A DNA stretch of 60,550 nt, the filler included, from Sphacelaria rigidula (Eukaryota): assembly GCA_964200075.2 (NCBI GenBank). It is 10 parts of 10 records of this genome, joined end to end, with 100 filler letters (N's around TTAATTAATTAA, not from the genome) between each part and the next. Parts side by side here need not be neighbours in the genome. Positions count along the whole stretch, not along the records: positions 1 to 5,965 come from CAXNAA020023148.1; positions 6,066 to 12,030 come from CAXNAA020023149.1; positions 12,131 to 18,095 come from CAXNAA020023150.1; 7 more parts are not named here. One strand, given 5' to 3'. Both the position numbers and the translations under genes were made by a program. This document shows, one piece after another, positions 1 through 12,358 of the stretch (position 1 is the stretch's first letter; every line of letters begins with the position of its first letter). The notes below the pieces were generated by a model, which was given only the letters and a program-made list of their open reading frames with translations, did not search any database and was not told the DNA's origin.

Positions 1-260
1 AACCCAGGTACACGCAGCCCAGACACGTGGAATGGAGCAAAAGTTTCATACATACCCCTTGGACCAGCGGTCGAATTTTTTCTCCCTTTTGGGCGATCAG
101 GCCGGAGAAATCGTGGGTTTGGTGATTCGAACCCGTGATGATTCGTCCTAACCGTGCACGCTTTCAACGACGGAAATCAGCTATTCTATGGAATAAATTC
201 TGAATGAAATGGGTACGGCGGAGAGTGACCCACATTTTCCTGACGTATCAGGCTACAAAT

Positions 261-787
261 GCGCGGCGGCAGTGTGCTTTTGTGCATCAGGCCGCTCCTT
301 GTACCAAAACGAAAATGAAGTCCTGTAAAAATGCTTCTTTTGGTCCTTCTTCGTCGTTTTACGCCCTAAAAGAGAGCTAGGCGGAGTTTGACACCTTGGG
401 ATGACTTGCTGTACTCGTCCAACCGGTTCCAGGACATATGCACGTTTCCCGGTGGCCGCAGTTTTTTTTTGGCTAACCTTGATTCTTTATCCAAGAACGG
501 TCAAGAACGGTCAAATCTAGAAACAAATGTCATTTTTCTCTGGAATTGGCCGTCCGTGGACAAAAATGCTTATTTGGCCAAAAAAAAAACTGCGGCCACC
601 GGGAAACGCGAATATGTTCTGGGACCGCTTCAAGGAGTGGAACAAGTCATTCCAAGGTGCCAAACTCCGCCTAGCTCTCTTTCAGGGCGTAACGCGACAA
701 AGAAGGACCAAAAAAGCGTTTTTACAAAAGTTTATTTTTGTTTGCTATAAGAAGCGGCCTGATACACAAAAAAACACACTAGGGCGC
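261..787. mobile_element. Foldback/palindromic element (~530 bp, two ~260-bp imperfect inverted arms)
   Basis: Left arm (AGAGAGCTAGGCGGAGTTTG...CGTTTCCCGGTGGCCGCAGTTTTTTTTTGG) is the reverse complement of the right arm (CCAAAAAAAAAACTGCGGCCACCGGGAAACG...CAAACTCCGCCTAGCTCTCT). Centre is near 530. Confidence 0.85.
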
Positions 788-914
788 ATCTTGCTCCCGG
801 CTAGTTTGCTGATGCTACACGAAGATCGCAACTATATACGTCAACATGCCAACATACAAAAATGCTGTTGCCGGCTTCCACGGGTACAACAGCAACAACA
901 ACAAAAAAGCTCAC

Positions 915-1093
915 CGAGAGTGCAAGACGGTGCAGGCTCGGACAGCATCCGCTTCGGTGTGGATGGTCACTCCAGACAGCAGTTCCGCCTCGAACTGATT
1001 GGGAGTCACCATCGTAGCCAGCGGTAACACCTGCTGGCGGTAGATATCCACATTTTCGGACGGCACGTACAATCTACCTTCGTCTCCCAACAC
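915..1093 (-). CDS. PDXK: Pyridoxal kinase, internal exon (VLGDEGRLYVP...TPNQFEAELLSG...VLHSR)
   Basis: CAG acceptor and GTGAG donor. TPNQFEAELL is a pyridoxal kinase signature. Joins exon 2062-2157 in phase 0 to give CDPVLGDEGRLYV. Confidence 0.93.
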
Positions 1094-1517
1094 CTGAACC
1101 CATGGAGGTCGACATAAACACGAACAGCAGGGTGAGGTGCGTGGGGTGCTCGAAGCGCGCGTGAAGAGATGGATGTAGTTCGAGTCAGCATCGCTTGTGT
1201 TTTCGACATATTGTTACATGTATGGTAGCTTCGGCTTCTTCGGCTTGCGCGGCAACCAAAACGCCAAGTGTGCGCAAAGCAAAGCATCACACACGTACAC
1301 ACACACCTGTACTTAATCGATCCACTAGATATCCAGCCGCAGTCATTAGATAGACGTACGTAAACACGTACGTACCCATGGAAAATGACAAAAGCACTGT
1401 CGCGAGAGAAAACTCGACAATGAGGGGACGATCAGCAACAAAGGGAGAGGGAACAAACAGCGTGCACTGAAAAGACAGGAGAGGAGCGGAGAGGAGAGAA
1501 GAGCTAATCCCTGGGGA

Positions 1518-1605
1518 CGCCCCCTGTGGTCTAATGGTACAACTTACACCATTAGGTCAGGAGAAACGGATTCGATTCCGGTCGGATATGGTTGTTTTTT
1601 TCTTC
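1518..1605 (+). mobile_element. tRNA-derived SINE head (A box, B box, T-run)
   Basis: TGGTCTAATGG (A box), TTAGG loop, GATTCGATTCC (B box), then a T-run. No acceptor stem. Related copies at 3785, 37980, 45270 and 48261. Confidence 0.6.
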
Positions 1606-2061
1606 AGTGTATACCGTCTGGTTCAGGGTGAACGACTGTAATTTACTCCCCAGCGAGTGCTCACGCCGTTTCTTGGAATGAGACCCCAAAATTTCGCGTA
1701 CGGGTGCTCTGAAATATTTAGAAGGGCGATATAAATGAGGTCTTTCGATTTTGTTTCTTCCCACCAACTATATGGGGTTCCAGGAAAGGGGGTCTTGATC
1801 CCCCCTTCCTGGGATCCCGGATGTCTGCGAGCTGGGCCAGCTGACAATGACTTTTTAATGCAGAGTGGAGATGTGACTGGTATTCGAAGAGCTACGCGCT
1901 GAAATTTCGACACAACATTTTTATCATGAACGCCCGAAACCCTATGAGAAGTGCAGAGGGAGAAGAAAAAAAAACAGGCAGTTAGAGCGAGTTGAAGTTT
2001 GAGCAAAAACAGGGAAAATGTAATCCATTGTCCAGTGTGTGGAATTTTCCGAAAACCTCAC

Positions 2062-2157
2062 CGGATCACATATGAAGAGCATGCTCGGATTGGCCTCCTT
2101 CAGCGTTCGGTAGACCCCCATCACGGCGTGGAGAAACGAAGGAGAACCGATGTAGCC
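2062..2157 (-). CDS. PDXK: Pyridoxal kinase, internal exon (GYIGSPSFLHAV...LFICDP)
   Basis: CAG acceptor, GTGAG donor, 96 bp. GYIGS and CDP motifs of the PdxK family. Confidence 0.92.
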
Positions 2158-2251
2158 CTGTTCGCCAAGGTCGAATCCGCGTTCAATATCATGCATATCA
2201 AAACGAAACCGGCACGAGCGGAGGCACGGTGAGTCATCGTGGCATGCGGCG

Positions 2252-2393
2252 GTGCGATGTGATGTCATGCGATGCGATACGATACGATACGATACGATAC
2301 GATACGATGCCATGCGGTGTGGCGCAATACGATACGATACGACACGATACGGCACGATACGACACGATACAACACGACACGACACGACACGAC
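2252..2393. repeat. Degenerate pentanucleotide microsatellite (GATAC/GACAC)n
   Basis: Direct tandem units are visible. They explain the RYDTI/VSYRI spurious ORFs. Confidence 0.95.
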
Positions 2394-2519
2394 GGAATTC
2401 CACCGACTTTTTTTGTTTCGTGCTGTCTGTGCCGCACGTACACACCGACAATGTAGTGCAGGTCGCCCGCACGCTCCAAAACTGCTTCCCTCCTTTCCAA
2501 GATTAATAATGCAAGGAAC

Positions 2520-2813
2520 AACGTTTTCGTGAGGTCGAGAGTAGAGGGTACGATTGAGAGTGAAAAACGGCCAATTAGTGAATGAATATTTTCAGTTCCG
2601 AAGTGCCTCCCCGCGAGGCTCGACATGCTCCCTGTAGTATCTTGCCACTGAGGCCCTTGATATCCCTGGATAGGATATCGACGTGTAGCTGTAAGCACAC
2701 GACAGTGATGGGGGCAAAGACACGCACACACTGAAAGAAAAATTGGCCAAGTTAAAGCGAGTTATCAAAGCCACTCTCAGTCAGCGCTCTACTCTCAATT
2801 TCACGAAAACGTT
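2520..2813 (-). mobile_element. MITE family A (~290 bp)
   Basis: Terminal inverted repeats AACGTTTTCGTGAGGTCGAGAGTAGAG / CTCTACTCTCAATTTCACGAAAACGTT. Homologous copies at 11136-11425, 11958-12030 and 46969-47269. Confidence 0.85.
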
Positions 2814-2814
2814 A

Positions 2815-2975
2815 ACGGTCGGAGGAATCATCACTGGTTCGAATCACCAAATCCACGATTCCTGAGGGCCTGATTTCTCAAAAGAATGAATAAAAAGTTG
2901 ACCGCGTGTCATAAAACGTTTCTACACAAATTTTGCGCTATCCCACGTGCCGGGAGTGCGGGGACACATACCTGG
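2815..2975 (-). repeat. Dispersed repeat, inverted copy of 1-155
   Basis: The reverse complement aligns to 1-155 (shared ATCAGGCC and AATCGTGG.TTTGGTGATTCGAACC.GTGATGATTC). Confidence 0.75.
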
Positions 2976-3910
2976 TACGACCTGGTATGCAATGAAAAAC
3001 TGAAAACACAGCCAAAGGATTGATTGATTCGTACGGTACGAGGGAATTACACCCGATAAGAACAAGCTATTATAGTAGTGTTCAGAAGAATCGTTATTCT
3101 TCCAACTCTTGCCATCATGAGTGCTCAACCTGTGCGCACACAAGGGGGGTAGTAACACAGTTCCAACGTTTTTTTTTTTTCCATCTGTTGTGACCACGGC
3201 TTGACCCGCACAGAAGCGAAACGGTTTCATATGCAAGAAATCGATCAATCGAGTGACCAACTCATCGATCAACGTATAGACGCCGTCTGGTCAAAGCTGC
3301 AATCTGCAGTAGCCACGACAGCACCGGCGGGTGTTCCCGACTTCGAAACCTTTTTGGCCGCTGGAAGGGGTGGATCATCATCCATACGTTTCAAGGGGTA
3401 TATTCTTCCCTTGAAAAACGACTTGTTCAGAGAGAGAGATGACCTACCCCCGGCGGCCAAAATGGTTCAAAGTCCCATCCTATCTGCGTAAAGACAGCTC
3501 CCTATGCGCAGCAGCATGGAGGACCACATCGGTACAACAATTTCTCCCGAGTAGCTTGCCGGGTTGGGGCTCAGTACAAAATCCCCACAAAACTAGCGCC
3601 TGTTTCAGCAACCAACAACTCTTGATTCCGATGAGCACGAAGGGGATACACGCCGATGTACTTATTTTACTCTCTTATCTCACCGGGGGACGTACGGTAC
3701 CGGGCCTGTTGCTCTTTGTGGCTATTCCACCTACTCTGCGTCCTGCTTTCTTCCAAAAGTGTTTATGCGGTGCTAAGTTTTAGGGCGCCCCGGTGGTCCG
3801 TCTAAATAAAAATGGTGCAACTGACACACTCAAAGAAGGGAAAACGCGGGTTCTATTGCCGGCAGATGCGTCTTTCAATAGCTTGGCTTTTTTGCCTCAA
3901 AAGTATCTGA

Positions 3911-4465
3911 TTTGAGTAATGCTACGGTAGGGGTTGCGCTCCTTGTTTCTGGGTCTCTCTTTTGTAGGAGCTCAAATACATGAGGCTTAGGCCGGATGTC
4001 ATGGCACAGAGATTTTTGGCCCCACAGATTGTTCACTTTTGGGACGTTTGACCCACCTTTTGATCCCCAAACCAAGAAAGCCGTCAACACATGTCTCGGA
4101 CACTTTGCATCACCCCACAAAGAGGAGCCTCGTCTGCTTTTCAGATTCCCTGAGCTCCGAGGTTTTGAGATTGGCCGCTGGACAAAAATTCGTGCTCAAA
4201 AATTTGTGCTTGCCGACCCCCGCTAGTTTTTCCAAAATCTGTGTACCATAACATCCGGCCTTACTGTGCAACCCGAATCTCCGGGAATCGGACTCTCAGG
4301 AACATGGTGGTTGCATGCAGGGGGCCTTCTCGTGAATCGGTACCATTTTCAGTCTTTTTCAAGAAAAATTGATGCCGATTCTCACGATGATCCGTCCACA
4401 CACCGAGCAGCCCCGAGAAACGTCCCCGCTAAAAAAAGTGCAACCCCCATCGTAGCATTGCTCAT
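3911..4465. mobile_element. MITE-like element family B with TIR core ATGCTACG(G/A)TAGGGG
   Basis: GAGTAATGCTACGGTAGGGGTTGC at the left end, GCAACCCCCATCGTAGCATTGCTC at the right end. The same end motif occurs at ~18778, ~48558 and ~51948. Confidence 0.65.
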
Positions 4466-5965
4466 TTTCATGGTTGAAAGCATGAGGACGATAGACTGAA
4501 AAATTCACTGAGGAAAGTCGTTTTGGTCAGTTTCCAGACACTTTTTCAGAGCGCGACCTTTTATAGGGCAACTTTTCATTGAGAAAGTCTCTGGAAACTG
4601 ACAGCCGTTTCTGAACAGCGCGATCTTTCCAAATCTCCTTGGGAAAAACATCCAGTTCCCAGAGACGTTTCTCCGTCTGGGAATTGACGTTCCATCAGAC
4701 ACTCCTCGCACACCGCACCCGCAATGGTACAGTGAGTGCAAACGTAGCTGTGAATGTTGTATGTGCAGTACCGTGGCAACAGCATAGCTGCTGCAGCACT
4801 CCGTGCATTCTCTTCATGACCGCAGGACCAGGGACAGACAGTACAGAGAGTACCGCGCTTTTTCGCCTGCAGCGTTACTACTATAAAATAGCACGATGTC
4901 GCCCCTGCTGGCTGTATTGACTGCTCGTATCGTTTCATGCGCGTCGTGCCCGCCACCGATTGTGAACTCTGTAGTAGTCTGTGTACCGAGACGGTTGCTA
5001 CCGCACTCCTGACTGTCACGTGAGCTTGTTGTGTGGGGTATGGTGCACACTGCACCGCTTGCGACACGACTACCGTACCAAGCGGCGGTTGGCTGAAGTA
5101 AGCGTTGATACGCCTCTCATTTCGATCCCTATTATACCAGAAGCCACTGTGTGTGTATGTGTGTGTTGGCATCCCATCTATCCTGTACCTGGACGGGGTT
5201 TTTCACGTGTTAGTTTACCGCAGGTGGCGTGGCACAAGCACAAAATGCCAATGATGACCACTACCTCCGTCTGCACGCAGACTAGATGATGGCCTCGGGT
5301 GCACAAAATATCCCCAGGAATGTTTTCATGGACTATATACGAGCTGGGCCAGCCTAAAAACGAATTTAAGCTCTAAAAGCAGTATCTCATCGACACAGAC
5401 GAGTTGGGCCGTGGTCCGCATATCGTATTAATCGTCTAATCAAGGGGAAGGTGCCCATCTGCTCAAAAGTTTGGGCCTATATTTTCTCGTTGATTGAATC
5501 CCATGTCTAGTAATTCCTATACCTAAGGGAGATAGCGCCAATACAAAATCTCTTATGAAAGTCCCGATCGATGCATTCAGCGGATGGCGGCGAACTTTGG
5601 TGTGGAGAACCACAAAAGAGTGCCGAAAAAAAATGGGTTTTCATTTTTTTTTCATGCAGGTTAGGGCGTTCTCGTGAGAAATGGTATTCACCATAGTAGA
5701 ACGCCCTAAACCAGTGGAAAAAATTGAAAAACTTCGACCTTATCCCCCTTTTTTTTGTTAATTATGCCTCAGAGAGCGCCCAGACAAAATTTCAATACAC
5801 GAAAACCGAAGGGGGGCCGGTGAGTGGCCTGCAAAATACTGTTACGAAATTCTGCCGACCCGGTTTTTGATAGGCCCATGCTCATTTATAAATTTACAAG
5901 GCTCCTCTCGGGAATATTCCCGTGATACCGCGGTATTTTTTTTAAATCGACATACTGGCCGCAAG

Positions 5966-6065
5966 NNNNNNNNNNNNNNNNNNNNNNNNNNNNNNNNNNN
6001 NNNNNNNNNTTAATTAATTAANNNNNNNNNNNNNNNNNNNNNNNNNNNNNNNNNNNNNNNNNNNN
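5966..6065. other. Artificial contig spacer
   Basis: 44 N + TTAATTAATTAA (stops in all six frames) + 44 N. Confidence 0.99.
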
Positions 6066-6920
6066 TTTTCTTCGTAATCATGTAAGCATCTTTGTTACAA
6101 ACGCCCAGTCCTAAAAATGGTAAAAACATAGCCGGTAACGGCAAACTTGAAATAAACTGGATAAACTGGATTCCTCATCACCAGTTCCAGTTGAACTGCC
6201 AGTACAAACTGGTCCAGTTCACAGCCCTAGAAATTATGGCTTTCCTTGCTGGGTTTCGCGTGTTGAGTTGACGTGCGTTCAATCTCGACATTTGTACGTT
6301 TGCCGACGTCGAGGTTACCGTGCCGTTTTCGTGTTCAAAGCATGAGCTTACGGACCAGTTTTCCCGTGGAAATATTTCGCGACTTTGCTCGACGGCAGCG
6401 CAAACTGGCCAGATGATTCTACATACAGCATATGATAGTGAGCGAGCCTCAGACTTGCAGAGTAGTCCACCTGCAGTATATGTACAGGTGCATGACAAAC
6501 TGTCCGTTGGTACAGGAGATATGGATATGGGGTTTACATGAGACTGGGCCATGGGATATTCCCTGGGTGTTACTATGACTGTTCGACATGATGTGTGCGC
6601 ACGGAGGTGAAAAGATAACTTTTGGTTTAACGAAGACGACGATTTGTACTATTGCGTTATATTGGACTCTCTGAAGTCCTGCTGGGGAGGAAGCCGTTGG
6701 AGCAAGCACTGAGATCTTGTTCTGAATCAGTCTACAGACTCCCCTAACACAAGCCACAGTGACGATCTCCTGATACGCATGGCGTATTCGAGCAGTGATA
6801 CTCCGTACCCGGGTTGCGAAAAAAACAAGCTTGAACTTTTCCGTGATCTGTTATCCGCAAAACCTCTTACTGTCTTTCTGCCCGTCAAATTATCGTTTCT
6901 GTTGGCGTCCGTGTAAAAAG

Positions 6921-7209
6921 GTATACCCGATCGGCATCCCGCTACTCTACTTCTTCATTCTGTGGACAAACCGCGAATCGCTCAACCCTACCCTTGAAGC
7001 CCGAAAGCGGGCGGAAACTGAGGCGGCTGCAGAACTAGAGGCCGCCGCGGAGGCGGGCGATGTATCCTCCCGTTCAAAGTCTATGCTGAGCCACATGGGT
7101 ACGCGGCTGCCGAAGAGCATGGAGGAGGCTGAGAAATTGGAGGAGAGGATCAGACAGAGGCGGCAGAATCCCGACCTCGTGCCCTCCATGTTCTTGTGGA
7201 AGGACTTTG
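6921..7209 (+). CDS. Multi-pass membrane protein, penultimate exon (VYPIGIPLLYFFILW...PSMFLWKDF)
   Basis: AAG acceptor at 6918-6920, GT donor at 7210. Phase 1 joins 7793 to give KDFGADMYYYEV. Confidence 0.88.
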
Positions 7210-7792
7210 GTGCGTCTATTCCTGGTTTTGCCTTTTGAAGTAGTACCGTCTTGATGTTATTGTCGACTGCGCCAATTTAACCTAGTAGCGCACGTGCAGT
7301 TTGAGTATTCTCGCATCGGTGTGTATTTTTCAACTTGGCAGCACACGGTCCACGTCTACTCCTGTCTGCTCGTGTTCATCCCGTCACACACGCCCGAGGC
7401 GTATCTTTCCCGCGACGTTCTGGTGGTCAGCATGCTGTCGCAGTCAGATGGTGCAAGTGAAGAACGTTTCTGTACTATATCCAGTGGAGCGTGTTTCGTT
7501 ATGATACATGGAGTATGCTGCTCGACCCGCGTATTTGCCAGGGATCGAAGTCGGCGCGACTGCTGTCTTTTTCTCGTCTCGAGTGGTATTCCTAGGTTAT
7601 CTGGAGATCTTATTTCCGAGGCCTCCCGTGCTCCCGGTTCGGTGGCGGTAGTAGTGTCGTCTTCCTCGAGCTCCGTCGCTTTGTGCTTACACCCAGTCCC
7701 CGTACTCCGTGCCCCGTACATGTTTTCACCGTTCCTTGACTTGCCTGCACTGTGCCTTGCGTGTTGGCTGCGTTCCCTTTTCCGATGATTAG

Positions 7793-8685
7793 GCGCCGAC
7801 ATGTACTACTACGAAGTGATCGAGTGCGGGCGGCGGATCCTACTGACCGGTGTCCTGATTTTCATTGCACCCTATTCGTCTGCACAAGCAGCCTTGGCGT
7901 GCATCTTCGCATTCGCCAGTCTTCTTGGTTTCGAGCTGCTCCGGCCACACCTCGACCCCACTGACGCTTGGCTGTACCGCCTAGGATGCGTGGTCATCTT
8001 CCTGAGCAACTTCCTGGCGCTGCTCATCAAGGTGGATGCGGCGGGTGAAGGACGCCAGGACGCTCTCGGTGGTCTCTTGGTGGCCGTCAACCTGGGGCTC
8101 GTGGTGGCCGTTATCGTCACGTCGTGGTTCGCCACCCAACAGAGCGTCGATGACGCCCAAGACGACGAGAACAGCTTCACCGTCGTCAAGGAAATGATCA
8201 CGGCGGAGAGACTAGCCGCCAACGACTTGAATCGACTGAGACATGACCATCGAAGGGCGGGGGGCTCAACGGTAAGGTCAGACGATGCAGCCGGCGCCGG
8301 TGCCGCTGCGCATCCGATACCGCCGGTGAACGCCGTTCGGGTATCCGGTCGTGTCGGTGGCGGGAGTGGCGACGCACGGCTATCTGGTCGTGTCGGTGGC
8401 GGAAGTGGCGGCACACGGCAATCTGGTCGTGTTGGTGGCGATAGTGGTGGGATAAGAGGAAGTGGCGGAATTCGGAGCAACGGCAGCAGTGGCTCGATCG
8501 GTCAGTCTGTTGACGTTTCGTCTATAGAGTTGCCGCCGAGAAAGTGGATGGGCGGGAGTGTGTTCAACAGTGCCGGGAGCGCGGCGTCGGGGGGTTTGGG
8601 TGGAAGCGGGGGAGCGGGCCTGATCGGACGGTTACGGCAGAATGATCCGGAAGCCTTGTGGAGGCAGGACAAGCAAGAGACGTGA
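7793..8685 (+). CDS. Multi-pass membrane protein, terminal exon (TRP_C-like TM domain of the expanded brown-algal adhesin/Pmp-like family) with Gly/Ser-rich tail
   Basis: TAG acceptor, YYYEVIECGRRILLTG motif, about four hydrophobic helices, stop TGA at 8683-8685. Family recognised from memory. Confidence 0.88.
8338..8454 (+). repeat. Coding tandem repeat, 3 x 39 nt (R.SGRVGG.SG..)
   Basis: Units start at 8338, 8377 and 8416. Confidence 0.9.
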
Positions 8686-11135
8686 AGTGAAGCCTTGAGT
8701 GATGGATACTTGTACATGTTGCGAAGCACGACCGTCTCCTCTCTTTCACTCGTCGCTTCCATGTATCATATACACAAGCACGTATACATATTTTTATCTA
8801 TCTTTGAACATGAACACATATATGTTTTGTGTCGTCCATGACGACCCAGGTCGTGATGGTGGCGTCTCTTCGTGCGGAGAACATGCCACCTCAGTGCCGT
8901 ATCGTGTCGATTACCTTTGGCAAGCATAGGTATCCGTCATTTTGTTGATCGTCTGCCGGGCAGGGCCCCCGCTTTCAGCGCGGCGCGTCTCACCCTGGCC
9001 TCTACTCATATTTACATACTGCATTGCGTGCGCTTTCGCATATGCACTTTTTGCGCGTTTGTAGGTGTCCGACGGGTGATCGTTGGTTTCGGCGTTAGAC
9101 TTCTCGAAGTAACTTGTCCTAGAGCTGCAGTGCAGTAAAGCACGTCATTCGTAGCAGCACCTCCAGTGCCACCTATTGAAAAAAAGAGTCCTTTCGTTTT
9201 TGTCTCGTGGCATTTCTCGTGTGTATTTTCGTGTCTGCTTCCTTCTCACGCCGTGGGTAACACGGCGTTTCGAGTACATGTTTTTTCGACGTGGGCGGTA
9301 AGGTCATGATGAATCCCCAGACAGCGGGAGAAGGTCATCGTTTCAATCGGCATCAATTTCACTTGGAAAAAAGTATGCATGATCCGGATGTACTACCCCC
9401 GCGGTCTAAGGGTTAAATCAGTTAGCCGTCCCCGTCGTTGCTTCGCAGAGCATGTCGTCCGGAAGGGGCATTGGATGGGTTGTCGGCACGGACAGTAAAA
9501 GCGAATCTCGGTGGTCAATTATTGGTGTGGTGACCACTGCAGTATACGTACAAAACTATATTAATCGTGCTTTGTGCACGGGTCCATCCTGTGCAGGGAG
9601 AGCTGGTTCTAGTGTTGTTTGTTCGACTGGAGCGCGCAAGGTGTATGGGCCCGTTTTGTATCGTTTGCATACATTTTCGTGTTGAGCTACCCTCTGTAGC
9701 GTTTGGTGGACATTGCCGTGATCTCTACTTGCCTGTATGGTTATCACCCCACGTAGTGTGTGACGTTCATCGCCTGATATCTTTTGCTTTTACGGGGTAT
9801 ACGTGTCTATTCGTTCGTTGACTCGAAGACGCTTGTTGCCGCAGTCTTGATGTGTGCTGTGTGTGTTTCCATGTTGACGTATACAGAGTCGCTGCACGTA
9901 TTTTTTCTTCGAAATCCCTCCGCTTTGTAGCGTCGGGGGTGGCGCCAGTAGCCTTGTCTTTTGCCTTGTGTGTTTCATGTAAGTACGCTCTGCTATAGTG
10001 GCGTCGATTTTGTTGCGCTTTCCGTGTGTTTAGAGTCGTGTGGCTTTGTTTTCTACAACCGCACCAAGTTGTATGGAGTTCATACTATCGTTGGCGGTAG
10101 CGAAGCACGCCGGAGTGTTACACTATTGTTGTCGCTTCACACCCCGTTGCATATGGTTGTTCGCATCACGTCGTGGGCTGCTTGTGTGTGTAGATATGGC
10201 TACCGGTGGGTGACGCGTGATCACCGATACACGGACTCGCTCCGAAGTTTATTTTCGTACAGAAATGGTGAGTTTCGAGCAGTTGGGGAGGAGTTAATTA
10301 CGTCCATCGAGGATGTTTGGACGGGGGTCCGCTTTTCACGATGTGTTTTCAGCAGTGTTTTTCAGAAGAGTTGAAGTAGATTGAAGACGCGGAAAATTGG
10401 AACAAAACGATTGCAACTCGTTAGGCTGGACTGCGTGTTGGGGGTGTTTACCCGAGCGTTATCATTGCGCCGCAGAGCACACGGGGGTCAGTCATCATTG
10501 CTCACGTGCACCACTCGTAATATTTAGGTTTGGAGTGTGCCGCAAGTGGGAGGATGCGCAGTCATCAATCTTGCGGTGCTGTCTGCTGCCATATTGCCCG
10601 GTAGATATGCAGATACGTTGATTTCTCAACGTTGATCTGTTGCGCTCCGACGTAGTATCGCTTTCAGTACGCAATTTCATCCAATTGATCATGTGTTGCG
10701 CAGTGGGGGCAGCTGGCGGGTGGTGCCTTCTATCGAGTTAATGTTTTGTCATGATCCACGATGAGGTAATGTGTCATTCGCGGGGGGTCACCTCTTCCCA
10801 GATAGTTCGTCAATCGAACCTGGTTTTATGATATGTATGTACGGTGCACGGGCGTGATGAGCGTGGGAACAGGGTGTCACGTCAAGGAGTAGGGTATAAT
10901 CGGTGCAAACACCGAAGAGATGGGTAGTTGAGATAAATGATCGCGCGAGATAGTCGAGTTTTTTGTGTGTTGTGTGTGTTTTCGCAGCTCTTGTATGTAG
11001 CATTCAATCACTATGCAGCTTGTGGAGGCTGCGACGTTCGCTGTGGCTTTTCCTTCCTTGTAGTGTACACTATGACCGAATAAAATAGTACACACTTTCT
11101 CGGAGGGGGATCCATGATTTTTTAGTTCGATATTT

Positions 11136-11425
11136 AACAAATGCTTCCGTGAGACTGAGAGTATAGTGTTGGTTGAGAGTGGGTTTTATCATTCGCTATA
11201 ACTTGACCAAATTTCCTTTCTGTGTGTGCTCGTCGCACTGGCGTGTGCTTACAGCTACAGGTCGATACTCTACTCAGGCATATCGAGGGATTCAGTTGCA
11301 AGCTACTACAGAAAGCGTATCGGGCCTCGTGGAGGGGCATTTCGGAACTGAAACGATTCATTCATTTATTGACCGCTTCTCACTCTCAGTCGTCTCCTCC
11401 ACTCCCTATATCACGAAAATATTGT
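11136..11425 (+). mobile_element. MITE family A, diverged copy
   Basis: Shares GTGTGCTTACAGCTAC and TATCGGGCCTCGTGGAGGGGC.TTTCGGAACTGAAACGATTCATTCA with 46969-47269. Confidence 0.8.
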
Positions 11426-11957
11426 CATTTGCTGAAAAATGGGAACGGATTTTCCCTAGGGGAACGAAGAAGATGAATAATACGCACGATTGTCCTGAGT
11501 GAGCTACGAATTCGTAGCTCATCAGCTAATGTTCGCCCTGGGTGGGCTATGAAAGCTACATGAGCTATGCATGTTTGTCCTACAAAAGTTAAGCTACGAA
11601 TCTAAAGCTCATCAACGCATAGTCAACCTAAAGCTAAATTGGTATAGGCATCCAACACGTCTCTAAAACGCAGCTCAGCTGGCCTCTCGCTTATTCGACT
11701 CGGTGAAAACGCATGCATTGCACAGCTCTTAAGAGCTGTCAAGCTCCATTTCGCGAATCAATCAATGACATGGAAACAAAAACAAAGCCATGACCCAAAG
11801 CGCTATTCAAGCCATGCCTATCAAAACAACAGCGACAAACGGACCGCGACTTCCGCCATCATCGTTGACCATCTGCAGGGATGCCATTTTCGAACTCGAG
11901 TTACCGAGTACACCCCAAAAAACACTCAGATGTAATAACTCACTTCGATTCAGGATT

Positions 11958-12030
11958 AACAGTGTTTTCGTGAGATTGAGAGTAGATGATACGATTGAGA
12001 GTGAAGAGCGGTCAATCAGTGAATGAAGAT
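11958..12030 (-). mobile_element. MITE family A, end truncated by contig edge
   Basis: GTTTTCGTGAGATTGAGAGTAGA...ACGATTGAGAGTGAA matches 2520-2590. Confidence 0.8.
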
Positions 12031-12130
12031 NNNNNNNNNNNNNNNNNNNNNNNNNNNNNNNNNNNNNNNNNNNNTTAATTAATTAANNNNNNNNNNNNNN
12101 NNNNNNNNNNNNNNNNNNNNNNNNNNNNNN
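12031..12130. other. Artificial contig spacer
   Basis: 44 N + TTAATTAATTAA + 44 N. Confidence 0.99.
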
Positions 12131-12358
12131 GTCGACTGGACCTGCGCAGTCCACCGTCCGGAGAAGAGCGCTTTGATGATGTCGGGTCCTGTGGTGGCTG
12201 TCCACCCGAGCCATCATCGCCGTCGGTTGACGCTGCTTCCTCTTCTTCCGATGGCTCGTCATCGCCATCACTGAGTTCGACCGCCCCCACGATGTCTAGG
12301 ATCTTGGCCTCTCATTCAAACGTGATATGTGAAGACTTGACGAGCTTTGATTCCTGTA

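Noticed and set aside
2229..2532. RYDTI/VSYRI repeat ORFs
   Set aside because: These are translations of an intronic (GATAC)n microsatellite.
3201..3491. 96-aa ORF with protein-like composition
   Set aside because: No recognisable motif or splice context. It may be a TE relic but cannot be supported.
6010..6021. TTAATTAATTAA recurring every 6,065 nt as a biological repeat or CRISPR-like array
   Set aside because: It is always centred in 44+44 N, so it is an artificial six-frame stop linker.
7872..8480. 202-aa Pro-rich antisense ORF
   Set aside because: It is the shadow of the GC-rich Gly/Ser-coding exon on the plus strand.
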